64,000 nucleotides of DNA from Dudresnaya verticillata (lineage: Eukaryota): positions 992,001 through 1,056,000 of the forward strand of contig OZ374563.1 of assembly GCA_977862235.1 (NCBI GenBank), in the 5' to 3' direction. Under the pieces are notes generated by a model that saw only the letters and a list, made by a program, of their open reading frames with translations, was not told the DNA's origin and did not search any database. Position 1 is the stretch's first letter. Each line of letters opens with the position of its first letter. Below, piece by piece: positions 10,443-20,309 of the stretch. A program made the position numbers and the translations under genes.

Positions 10443-11402
10443 CACTGCTGGTGACTTTGATCCCCAGACGTTTCAAAGCAGGTTTGTGGCCAGTTCTCAA
10501 ACGCTGCAAGGGTCGGACAAGCACAGACACAGGCAACTCAATAGGAAGCTCGCGTAAGACTACTGATGGCTGGCAGTTTCTTGCCAGTGGCCAAAACCTT
10601 CACTAGATAACCTTGCGGTGAGTGCAATTAGTGGTTTGTTGAATACCGTAGGATGAGCAGTCTTGAAGTTCACCGTCGACGTTTAGCGCTCCGATGCCAT
10701 TTCTGGGGGGGCGGTTTTTGGATAGCAATTTCGCTGTGCCGCTCAAAGGATAGCAGACAGCTCGATCTGTGCGTTTTTAGTGTTACCTGGGTCACCATGC
10801 CGCGCCGCGCTGTGGGTAAGAAGACTGTGCCACGGTCGCATTGAAGTTTAGTCGCTCTCCCTCAAAACTATTGATAGACAGCCCGATGCCAACGTTACCG
10901 ATACCCTTCATCCCACTTTCCGCTGCAAACCGGTTATTAGCGCCCGTTTCAGATTTACATTTCGAAGCAGCAGCGAAGCCGAACCATGGAAAGAAAAAGT
11001 TCTGGAGTTGGTACGTCACACGCGAAAGGTACTGTAGTGACTCGTTTGCATCTCCTAGACTCGGTCTAACAGTTCAGGCGATGGATCTCGTCCAAGTTCA
11101 CATTGAAGAAAGAAACACCTGCACCGTTTTGAACTGCACATGATATTCGAACCATGCGCGAGCTCTAACCGTCACCGTTACCATACATTGCCTCGTGCCG
11201 ATCCTTACCGAACGCCGTGAGTCAACTCGACACCAAAGAGAATGTGCTTCAGATCAAACTACCGTTCGGTAGAGCCCTGCGTTGTCCCCTGGCGAACATG
11301 CGTACACCCCGCAGACGCACTGTTCACGCCGTAGAACAGATGCTCAGCACGCTGATAGCATTGATAGAGCAAATGCCAGGCGGGCCAAAGGCAGTGGCCC
11401 GA

Positions 11403-12067
11403 TCAAGCCATCGGCTTGTCAGCAGCGTCTGGGGTTGGGACAGGGACGGAGGCCGCTACAGGGGCAGCAGGGGCGGCCGCTGTGGTAGCCACGGGGGCAG
11501 CAGCGCCGGCCGGTGGGGCGGCGGCAACAGGGACGGCGGGCACGGGGGCGGGGGCAGCGGGAGTGGCGGCAGCAGGAGCAGCATCAGGTACTACAGGTTG
11601 CTGTGGTGGGGCGGCGGCGGCCATGTTCACGTTTAGGCCAGGATCGCGCGCAGGGCCGACCGGGGGGACAGGCGCAGAAGCAGGCTTGTTGACGGGGTGG
11701 GCTGCAGGAGCCATTGCCTCAGGCGCGGAGGCTGGTTTTTCGGTAGCCATGGCAGACTTGTCGGTGGCGGGGTCGGCTTGGCGACCATTCGCGGGGTTTT
11801 CCTTGGCGATGGCTTCGGTGAGGCGCTGCGCCATGAAGTTGAGCGGGTTTTGAGGCTTGTTCTCCTGCGCGGGGGGTTGAGATACGGGACGTTAGCGATG
11901 TGGACTCGTGGCGGGAGGGGATTGGGATGGATGTTGGCGCGGTGTGGACGCGGACGTACCATCTCGAAGAGCTCGGTGAGGAACGAGCTGATGAAGGGCA
12001 GGACCTTGCCCTTCTCGAGGTAGCTCTGGAACTCGGCCTTCTTCTCGGGAAGCGATGGCTGGGCCAT
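11403..12067 (-). CDS. MYCBP: MYCBP/AMY-1-like protein with an Ala/Pro-rich tail; two exons (12067-11960 and 11864-11403), 189 aa
   Basis: A 95-nt phase-0 intron at 11959-11865 has donor GTACGT, branch site GCTAAC and acceptor CGCAG. The spliced product EKKAEFQSYLEKGKVLPFISSFLTELFEM|ENKPQNPLNFMAQRL follows the MYCBP pattern (F..YLEK..V......L..L.E..KP...L.F....L). Confidence 0.75.
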
Positions 12068-12119
12068 GGCGGGGAGTGGATGTGGATGTGAGGGGCGTGG
12101 ATGTGCGCGTGTGATGAAT

Positions 12120-12144
12120 GGGGGGGGGGGGGGGGGGGGGGGGG
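12120..12144 (+). repeat. G25 homopolymer (G-quadruplex-capable) just upstream of the MYCBP-like ATG
   Basis: Run of 25 G seen directly. Confidence 0.9.
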
Positions 12145-12145
12145 T

Positions 12146-13115
12146 GACGGCGATGAGATGACTCGGGAAGATCAAAGAGTTTGGGCGTAGCGGCGGTTGA
12201 ACAGTTGTGGCGGGCGTTTACGTGGCGCATTAGCGCTGGAACGGTCGGCGGGCAGAGGCGGCATTTAGAGTGGTAGATCAGCGCAGGTACCAAACTTTGG
12301 CTTACAGCTCGCCGCAGAGCGCAGATAGACATCGGCCCTTAGGGTACCTGTTACGCAGGTAGACAGCGCCCCGCTGCGAGCGATACAACGAGCGGCAACA
12401 CGCGGCGTGCCACCTGCTACATTCTAGTCTGACGCCCTCCTGACTAGGCTCAGGTGCCTGCAACGACCTGTAGAGAACGATGTCCTGGTCGAGGCTTAGG
12501 AGGCTGCGACTGACAGAGGGGGTGCGTCGCCGGCTGCAGGGGAGAGTGCGTAGGGAACGATAAAGCGGCGGATGCGTTATGAGAACGGGACGGCTTCCCA
12601 CTTCATCCGCCGCTTTATCCTTCATAAAAGAAACCGTGCTTCTCAACTTAAGACAAACGTGATCATCCGCGTATACCACGTACCAAAAAAGCATTATTGC
12701 TCTATTGTCAGATGAATCGAGATCATGAAACATCCCACTAAAACAAAACCAATCCACATGCACTGCGCGTCAAATTGCAACATTCCTTTCGTCAGTATAC
12801 TTCAAATTGAATCCATCAAAGCACACTTTCAATAGACTTACAACAACGACCTCACCCACCATGTTGAGTCAAGATTCAGCATACAGTCCCCAACCTCTCC
12901 TCGTCCTTCTCAAGCTCGAACTCAAAGAAGACGTTGTTGGGAGCTATTCAAAACCTCTGCTCGAGTTTTCTAGAGCCCTACTACGCTCGTATTATCAAAA
13001 CTCCCAGCCCTTGAACGAGGGGTAAAGAGTTTGCAACAACCCTCAATAGGTGCTTCTACGTCGTTGCTTCGGCGTAATTGATCTTGTCGAGCCTATCGAA
13101 ACGATATCCGCCGTC
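12146..13115. promoter_or_regulatory. Divergent intergenic region (likely bidirectional promoter and 5' UTRs) between the MYCBP-like gene and zinc-finger copy A; copied into every array unit
   Basis: Lies between two head-to-head ATGs. Its reverse complement aligns with 18702-19622. Confidence 0.55.
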
Positions 13116-14879
13116 ATGAGCCGTCTGCCGCATCCGGGCTCAGCTTCAGGGACCAATTCTGTTCCAGACCCCTCGACATCTCAACCTCTCGGAAATGCCG
13201 CGCCAGTCCCAATCTCTTCCCAAAGCCAGCTTTCGGTTGCCAACATGGCGACGCCTTTGACTCAACCAACTTATCACCACCAACTTCACCTTCAGCAGCA
13301 ACTGCCGCCTGGATTAGCTTATGTTCACCATTATCCCACGACCCCAGTGCATCCGCAGCAACTATCACAAAATACGCTAGCACAGCCACCGCTAGTCAGT
13401 GGACAGATGCAAGTTAACGGCTATGGCCAACAATCTTTTTCGAATGGATATGGGCACCAACCGTCACTCAATGAGAATGGACAACAAACGATGCTCAATG
13501 AGTATGGGCAACAATCAATGTCAAACACAGTCGCCAATATTGCACAAATACAGCTGATCGCTTCAAGCCCCATCATGCAGCTGCTCACGCTCAACCCTGC
13601 ACTCCGAGACCCAACTTTCGCTCCCCTTGTGGGACAGCTGCTCGTTCAGCATGCTCCGCAAGCTACAGCTATCTGCAATCCTACTGCACCCGTTCATGGG
13701 CAACAAAACCCACCAACCCCCTTGCCTTCGGCCGTGGGCTCTTTGTCAGTCCAAAAGAAAACAACAAAACCGGTGCTTAGAAGGCAGAATGAGACCAAAC
13801 CCGCTTCAGAACCTCATAATGCGACCAAAACCGCGTCAACACCCCAGCCTTCGAAAGTTGAGGCCTCGAACGTCGCAGATGCAGCGAATCCGACTCTCAA
13901 GTCTAGGCCTACGCCTGTTCCCGGAAAGCGAATTGGAGCTACGTTCTGCCAGTATTGTCTAATTGACTCAAATGTCTCGGACATGTTCAAATGCATCAAT
14001 ACATATTCTGGGACTTGTGATATGGGATTGTGCTTTAAATGTGCAGGAAAAGTGAGAGACGTTGGCTTGCTGCGTCTTGCGAGGAAGCTTGGGACCTGGG
14101 ACTGCCAGGCGTGTCGCAAGGACCCGGATCGTAACCGCAAACCTTTGCGTACAAAAGAGGAAAAGGTCTATCGCGAGGCTTCAACTAAAGCAGAAAAGGA
14201 AAGTGAGGGACTGAAAAATGTTGAGCTGAAGCCGTCAAAGGGCCGGGTGAGCAAAGAAGCATCCAAGAAGCCTGCGAGAAAGCCGACTTCAAATCGAAAC
14301 AGGCAACCAAAAGCTCAAAACGCTACGGCTTCTGGCTCGCCAAGTACTGACCCGGTTGACAAAAAGTCCCAAAACAGGGCTAAACCAGCAAAAGCTCAAA
14401 ACGCTACGGCTTCTGGCTCGCCAAGTACTGACCCGGTTGACAAAAAGCCCCAAAACAGAGCTAAACCAGCAAAAGCTCGGAAGGCACCAGCCAAGTCGCG
14501 GTCTGCTAACGCCTCTCATTCCCGCCAGGCTGCGTCGAAGAGTACTAGCCCAATGGGGACAGGAAGCTCTACAAAAGCGACAACCCCGAACTCTTCGAAC
14601 ATGGACACGGGTGTTGAAGGCCTTTCAAGCTCTGCAACCGCCGGGACTTCTATTCCTCGTTCCCAAGATGGGAGTTCATCCCAGAGCATTGCAGCGGCCC
14701 GTCGCCAGAGTGGTCGCAATCCACAGGTTGCATCCCAAGTTGCCAGCAGCGGCAATGAATCTCGGACGCCGACGGGGATTGCTGATCAGGCCCATGCGCT
14801 TTCCGCATTGAACTTGGAAGACATCTTAGAGTCTGATCTGCTGGATAAGAATTTTGTCGATCATAGCTTCTTATGGTAG
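13116..14879 (+). CDS. Copy A (parent-like) of a Gln/Pro- and Lys/Ser-rich protein with a central 8-Cys ADD/PHD-like zinc finger, 587 aa
   Basis: First ATG is MSRLPHP at 13116. Finger C-x2-C-x11-C-x7-C-x4-C-x2-C-x18-W-x-C-x2-C at 13947-14114. Against the array copies the finger shows 7 synonymous changes and 1 K/R change. Confidence 0.8.
   Translation: MSRLPHPGSASGTNSVPDPSTSQPLGNAAPVPISSQSQLSVANMATPLTQPTYHHQLHLQQQLPPGLAYVHHYPTTPVHPQQLSQNTLAQPPLVSGQMQVNGYGQQSFSNGYGHQPSLNENGQQTMLNEYGQQSMSNTVANIAQIQLIASSPIMQLLTLNPALRDPTFAPLVGQLLVQHAPQATAICNPTAPVHGQQNPPTPLPSAVGSLSVQKKTTKPVLRRQNETKPASEPHNATKTASTPQPSKVEASNVADAANPTLKSRPTPVPGKRIGATFCQYCLIDSNVSDMFKCINTYSGTCDMGLCFKCAGKVRDVGLLRLARKLGTWDCQACRKDPDRNRKPLRTKEEKVYREASTKAEKESEGLKNVELKPSKGRVSKEASKKPARKPTSNRNRQPKAQNATASGSPSTDPVDKKSQNRAKPAKAQNATASGSPSTDPVDKKPQNRAKPAKARKAPAKSRSANASHSRQAASKSTSPMGTGSSTKATTPNSSNMDTGVEGLSSSATAGTSIPRSQDGSSSQSIAAARRQSGRNPQVASQVASSGNESRTPTGIADQAHALSALNLEDILESDLLDKNFVDHSFLW
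14308..14478 (+). repeat. 81-bp (27-aa) in-frame tandem duplication specific to copy A
   Basis: KAQNATASGSPSTDPVDKK[S/P]QNRAKPA occurs twice (aagctcaaaacg at 14311 and 14392); the array copies have one unit. Confidence 0.9.
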
Positions 14880-15591
14880 GAAGAGGTTTCATCGAGTGAA
14901 ACAATGGTGGTTACCAGCCAGCTGGGGCACATTGGCGCGGCCTCCTCCCCTAATGGGTAGGCTCAGTAGCTACAAGCGGTAAAATGAACTAAGGCTGACT
15001 TGATATTGTCTCGCTAAGTGTAGCAAGCGGAGCTTGCAAACACAGCCCCAAATGTCTCGTGGCTTTCCCGTAGAGAACACCTTTTCCTTTGCGTTCTCTA
15101 TAATAGCTTCAGCTATGGTAGATAGAGTGTTTGTCAAAGTGAGATTTTCAACGTGTACACTTGTACAATGTGATGCCGCGTCACACCGCCACCCCTGCCG
15201 CGCGCTGCTCTGGGAGAATGAACCGCTCGGGGCTGTAAGCCATACACGTGGCGCACGAGTGTACGGCAAGTGTAATTCATGTGTAATGCACCCCACACGC
15301 CGGCGCGCTGTAAGTTCCAGAACATTGCTGGACGCAGCGCGGGGCCATATTGATGGCTCCCTGTGATTGGCAGATTAATCACAACGGTGCGCGCGCTGGC
15401 AGGCGCCCGATTCGTGGGCACTGTCACAGTAATTTAGGCGCATGTGCGCGAGGTCGGTACACCGAGTGGGCCGTCGCCCACTCAGTCACCCTCTCAAGCT
15501 TCTAGCGGCATCCCGCCCCTGAAAGGGTACCCTACGCAAGCTTCCGTAGCCGTGCCACTCGCAGCCCTGCTTCTAACTAACTTTTCCTTAA

Positions 15592-15974
15592 GGAAAAGGG
15601 TCGGCGGCCGCTACAGGGGCAGCTGGGGCTGCCGCTGTGGCGGCCATGGCGGCGGCAGCTCCGGCCGATGGGGAAGGGGCAGCAGCAACAGGGACGGCGA
15701 ACACGGGGGCGGGGGCAGCTCTAGTGGCAGCAGCAGGGGCGGCATCAGGTACTGCAGGCTGCTTTAGTGGGGCAGCGGTGGCGGCGGCGCCTATGTTCAC
15801 GTTTAGGCCAGGATCGTGTGCAGTGGTGACCGCGGGGACAGGCGCAGAAGCAGGCTTGTTGACGGGCTGCGCTGCGGGAGCCATTGCCTCAGGCGCGGAG
15901 GCTGATTTTTCGGTATCCATGGCAGGCTTGTCGGTGGTGGGGTCGGCTTGGCGACCATTTGCGGGGTTTTCCTT
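15592..15974 (-). pseudogene. Fragment of a duplicated MYCBP-like exon 2 (Ala/Pro tail only)
   Basis: Aligns to ~11440-11803 (EKSASAPEAMAPAAQPVNKPASAPVP...). Exon 1, the intron and the conserved domain are missing; it joins sequence homologous to ~12460. Confidence 0.85.
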
Positions 15975-16645
15975 CCCTAAGCCGCGGTTCCTACAACGAC
16001 CTCTAGAGAATGATGTCCCGGTCGAGGCTTATGAAGGTTGTGGCAGACGGAAAGGGGTGGGTCGCCGGCTACAGGGGAGAATGTGTAGGGAAGGATAATG
16101 CGGCGGGTGCGTTATGCTTCATCTGCCGCTTTATCCTTCATAAGGGAAACCGTGCTTCCCAACTCAAGACAATCGTGATCATCCGCGTATGCCACGTTAC
16201 AAAAAGAAGCATTATTGCGTTATTGTCAGATGAATCGAGATCACAAAAACATCCCAATAGAACAAAGACAATCCGCATGCACTGCGCGTCAAATTGCAAC
16301 TCTTCTTTCGTCTGTATACTTCAAATTGAATCCATCAAAGCAAACTTTCAATAGACTTACAACAACGACCTCACACCCACCAAGTTGAGTAAAATTCAGC
16401 ATACAGTCTGAACAGTCTGCCTCAACCTCTCCTCGCCCTTCCCAAGCTCGAACTCAAAGAAGGCACTGTGTGGAGCTATTCAAAACCTCCTCTCGAGTGC
16501 TCTAGAACCCTACCACCTCGCCTTATCAAAACTCCCAGCCCTTGACCGAGGGTGAAGAGTTTGCAACAAACCTCAATAGGTGCATCTACGTGATTGCTTC
16601 GGCGTAATTGATCTTGTCGAACCTATCGAAAAGATATCCACCATC

Positions 16646-17215
16646 ATGAGCCGTCTGCCGCATCCAGCCTCAGCATCGAGGACCAATTCTGTTCGAGGCC
16701 CCTCCACATCCACCTCTCGTAAGTGCTGCGGCCACCCAATCTCTTCCCAAAGCCAGCCTTCGGTTGACAACGTGGCAACGCCTCTGACGAGAGACCCTCG
16801 CCTGGTTGGTCGCGCTAGGCTTCCAACTCAACCAAGTTGTCACCACCAACCCCACCTTCAGCAGCAGCTGCCGCCTGGATTAGCTTATCTTCAGCATCAT
16901 CCCACAAACCCAGTGCATCCACAGCAACTATCACAAAATAAGCTAGCACGGCCACCGCTAGTCAGTGGACACCCGCAAGTTAACGGTTACGGCCAACAAT
17001 CTTTTTCGAAAGGATATGGGCACCAACCGTTACTCAATGAGTATGGACAACAACCGTTGCTTAATGAGTATGGGCAACAATCAATGTCAAACATGCTGGC
17101 CAATATTGCACAAATACAGCTGATCGCTTCAAGCCCCATCATGCAGCCGCTCACGCTGAACCCTGCATTCCGAGACCCTGCATGTGCTCCCATTATGGCA
17201 CAGCTGATCGCTCAG
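16646..17215 (+). pseudogene. Copy B: 3'-truncated zinc-finger gene (N-terminal part only, no finger), with upstream region from ~15990
   Basis: MSRLPHPASASRT...AQLIAQ, then homology stops at 17215. It also has compensating small deletions near 16710-16735 (STSRKCCGHP versus SQPLGSAAPAP). Confidence 0.85.
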
Positions 17216-17230
17216 GCAAAATCGGTGCAT

Positions 17231-18701
17231 GTTTAGCCCTGTTTTGGGGCTTTTTGTCAACCGGGACAGCGGAGGAGCCAGAAGCTGTAGCTTTTTGAGC
17301 TTTTGGTTGCCTCTTTCGATTTGAAGTCGGCTTTCTCGGCTCCCTCCCAGGCTTCTTGGATGCTTCTTTGCTCACCCGACCCTTGGACGGCTTCAGCTCA
17401 ACATTTCGCAGTCCCTCACTTTCCTTCTCTGCGTTAGTTGAAGCCTCGCGATAGACCTTTTTCGCTTCCGTACCCATTGGTTTGCGGTTACGATCTGGGT
17501 CCTTGCGACACGCCTGGCAGTCCCAGGTCCCGAGCCTCCTCGCAAGACGTAGCAAGCCAACGTCTCTCACCTTTCCTGCACACTTAAAGCACAATCCCAT
17601 ATCACAAGTCCCAGAATATGTATTGATACATTTGAACATGTCCGAGACATTTGAATCAATTAGGCAATACTGGCAGAACGTGGCTCCAATTCGCTTGCCG
17701 GGAACAGGCTTAGACCTAGAATTAAGCATTGGATTCGCTCCATCTGCAACGTTCGAGGGCACGACTTTCGAAGGCTGAGGTACTGAAGCGGGTTTGGTCC
17801 CATTTTCAGGTGTTGAAGCGCCCGTGGTTCCATTCTGAGATACTGAAGCGACTCTGGTCCCGTTCTGAGGTCCCGAAGCTGCTGTCGTCGCATTACGAGG
17901 TGCTGAAGCGGCTCTGGTCGCATTACGAGGTGCTGAAGCGGCTCTGGTCGCATTACGAGGTGCTGAAGCGGCCTTGTTCACATTCTGCCTTCTATGCACC
18001 GCTTTTGCTATCTTCTTTTGGACTGGCAAAGAGCCCACGGCCGAAGGCGGGGGACTTGGTGGGATTTGTTGTCCATGAACGGGTGCAGTAGGATTGGAGA
18101 TAGCTGTAGCCTGCGGAGCATGCTGAGCGATCAGCTGTGCCACAAGGGGAGCGCAAGCAGGGTCTCGGAGTGCAGGGTTGAGCGTGAGCAGCTGCATGAT
18201 GGGGCTTGAAGCGATCAGCTGTATTTGTGCAACATTGGCCAGCATGTTTGTCATTGATTGTTGCTGTTGCCCATACTCATTAAACAACGGTGGTTGCCCA
18301 TACTCATTGAGTGACGGTTGGTGCCCATATCCATTCGTAAAAGATTGTTGGGCATAGCCGTTAACTTGCGGCTGTCCACTGACTAGCGGTTGCTGTGCTA
18401 GCGTATTTTGCGATAGTTGCTGCGGATGCACTGGGTTTGTGGGATGATGCTGAAGATAAGCTAATCCAGGCGGCAGCTGCTGCTGAAGGTGGGGTTGGTG
18501 GTGACAACTTGGTTGAGTTGGAAGCCTAGCGCGACCAGCTAGGCGCGGGTCTCTCGTCAGAGGCGTCGCCACATTGGCAACCGAAGGCTGGCTTTGGGAA
18601 GAGATTGGGGCGGGCGCAGCACTTCCGAGAGGTTGAGATGTGGAGGGGCCTCGAACAGAATTGGTCCTCGATGCTGAGGCTGGATGCGGCAGACGGCTCA
18701 T
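17231..18701 (-). pseudogene. Array copy 1, 3'-truncated at the inversion junction; keeps the zinc finger and gains a short chimeric tail (stop at 17193)
   Basis: Matches the other copies to ...QNRAK, then reads HAPILPERSAVP* through the filler and antisense copy B. Confidence 0.8.
17781..17975 (-). repeat. 30-bp (10-aa) coding minisatellite, ~6-7 units, present in each array copy (two units fewer in copy 11)
   Basis: AASAPRNATR x2, AASAPRNATT, AASGPQNGTR, VASVSQNGTT, GASTPENGTK; copy A has about 2 related units. Confidence 0.9.
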
Positions 18702-19622
18702 GATGGTGGATATCTTTTCGATAGGTTCGACAAGATCAATTACGCCGAAGCAATCACGTAGATGCACCTATTGAGGTTTGTTGCAAACTCTTCACCCTCG
18801 GTCAAGGGCTGGGCGTTTTGATAAGGCGAGGTGGTAGGGTTCTAGAGCACTCGAGAAGAGGTTTTGAATAGCTCCACACAGTGCCTTCTTTGAGTTCGAG
18901 CTTGGGAAGGGCGAGGAGAGGTTGAGGACTGTTCAGACTGTATGCTGAATTTTACTCAACACGGTGGGTGTGAGTGAGGTCGTTGTTGTAAGTCTATTGA
19001 AAGTTTGCTTTGATGGATTCAATTTGAAGTATACAGACGAAAGAAGAGTTGCAATTTGACGCGCAGTGCATGTGGATTGTCCTTGTTTTAGTGGGATGTT
19101 TTCATGATCTCGATTCATCTGACAATAACGCAATAATGCTTTCTGTTGTAACGTGGTATACGCGGAAGACCACGATTGTCTTGAGTTGGGAAGCACGGTT
19201 TCTTTTATGAAGGATAATGCGGCGGGTGAAGCGGCGGAACGGGAAGCCATCCCGTTCTCATAACGCACCCGCCGCTTTATCCTTCCCTACGCACTCTCCC
19301 CTGTTAGTCGGCCACCCACTCCCTTCCGTCAGCCACAACCTCCATAAGCCTCGACCAGGACATCGTTCTCTACAGCTCGTTGTAGGCACCTGAGCTGAGT
19401 CAGGAGGGAGTCACACTAGAATGTAGCAATTGGCATACCTGCGCTCCGCGGCGAGCTGTTGGCCAAAGTTTGGTACCTGCGCTGATCTACTGTACCACTC
19501 TAAATGCCGCCTCCGCCCGCCGACCGTTCCAGCGCTAATGCGCCACACAACACGCCTGCCACAACTGCTCAACCGCCGCAACGCCCAAACGCTTTGAACT
19601 TCAGGAGTCATCTCATCGCTGT

Positions 19623-20309
19623 TGACTCTGACTCAGCGAGGAAGGATTTTGACTCAGCACTTCGCAACATTCTACGTGGACGGCAGCGAGGGATATAGTT
19701 ATCAAATCCTGCTGTCCAGAACTAATCCAAGACCTTGTCTTCTAAAAACGGTTCGCTAAGGTGCCATACGCGTTGGACGAGATCCAGAGCAATGAGTATG
19801 CAGGGAAGATGGCTGGCTGAATGTATGCCATTGCGCTGGAATCGCTGCTGTTTTCAATGACGATGTGGACAAGACCGCTGTTGGTTTAGTTGTTCGTAGT
19901 TGGTAACGCTGCTGCTGGTGAAGCCAAGGTGCATAAGCAAGGTGCAGAGAACTCTTCATTAACTATTGCTACCGCTATTGTCAGAGATGACACTACGGAT
20001 GTACACGGCGATACTGACGATTTTCCGGAGTAGGCGCCAAGGGTGGTCGAGATAGCTGTGGATGGCGCGGGTGCAGTGAAAACTCTCATGAAGGATTGCG
20101 CAGCGGGGAGTGCTGATATCAGGTTATTAAGCTTGGCCCAGAAAAAGTAATGTTTTTTATTAAATCTATTCACAAGTCAGTGCCGCAAGTTATCTCTTTT
20201 TGCGACAAGCATGTTGTCACCCTTTCCGTCGGGGCTGATTTGAGCCCTTGGCTTGTTATTGGCCCGAGGTGTAGCCGAGGGCCAATAACAACCCTCGGGC
20301 TCTACTGTA
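19623..20309. mobile_element. Truncated terminal fragment of a putative pogo/Tc1-mariner-like DNA transposon, one per array unit
   Basis: No counterpart in the parent locus. It ends ...ccctcgggctctactg|TA (reverse complement TA|CAGTAGAGCCCGAG) and has a 13-bp subterminal inverted repeat (20253-20265 / 20279-20291). The TA maps to an empty TA at 15099-15100. Further copies end at 24061, 27812, 31563, 35314, 39065, 42816, 46567, 50318, 54069, 57760 and 61511. Confidence 0.55.

Larger units (their letters stand above)
15990..19385. repeat. Large imperfect inverted repeat: arms ~15990-17215 and ~18123-19385, spacer ~0.9 kb
   Basis: Copy B with its upstream region is the reverse complement of the 5' part and upstream region of array copy 1 (e.g. 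ggcacagctgatcgctcag ending 17215 versus ctgagcgatcagctgtgcc starting 18123). Confidence 0.9.

Noticed and set aside
1..12067. SSB, RAD51C-like and CIA1 as a genome-maintenance gene cluster
   Set aside because: They are interspersed with unrelated genes and act in different compartments; proximity is expected in a gene-dense genome.
12807..13115. GTG-started 22-codon extension, or an upstream exon spliced at caatag|gtg
   Set aside because: The nearest candidate intron is only ~28 nt with no CTAAC branch site, and upstream frames are not conserved between A, B and the array.
17781..17975. CRISPR-like appearance of the 30-bp repeats
   Set aside because: Units are contiguous, have no unique spacers, lie in frame in an ORF, and there are no cas genes.
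19790..19840. REDGWLNVCH fragment faintly like a KilA-N/APSES motif
   Set aside because: Ten residues in a stop-interrupted frame; not distinguishable from chance.
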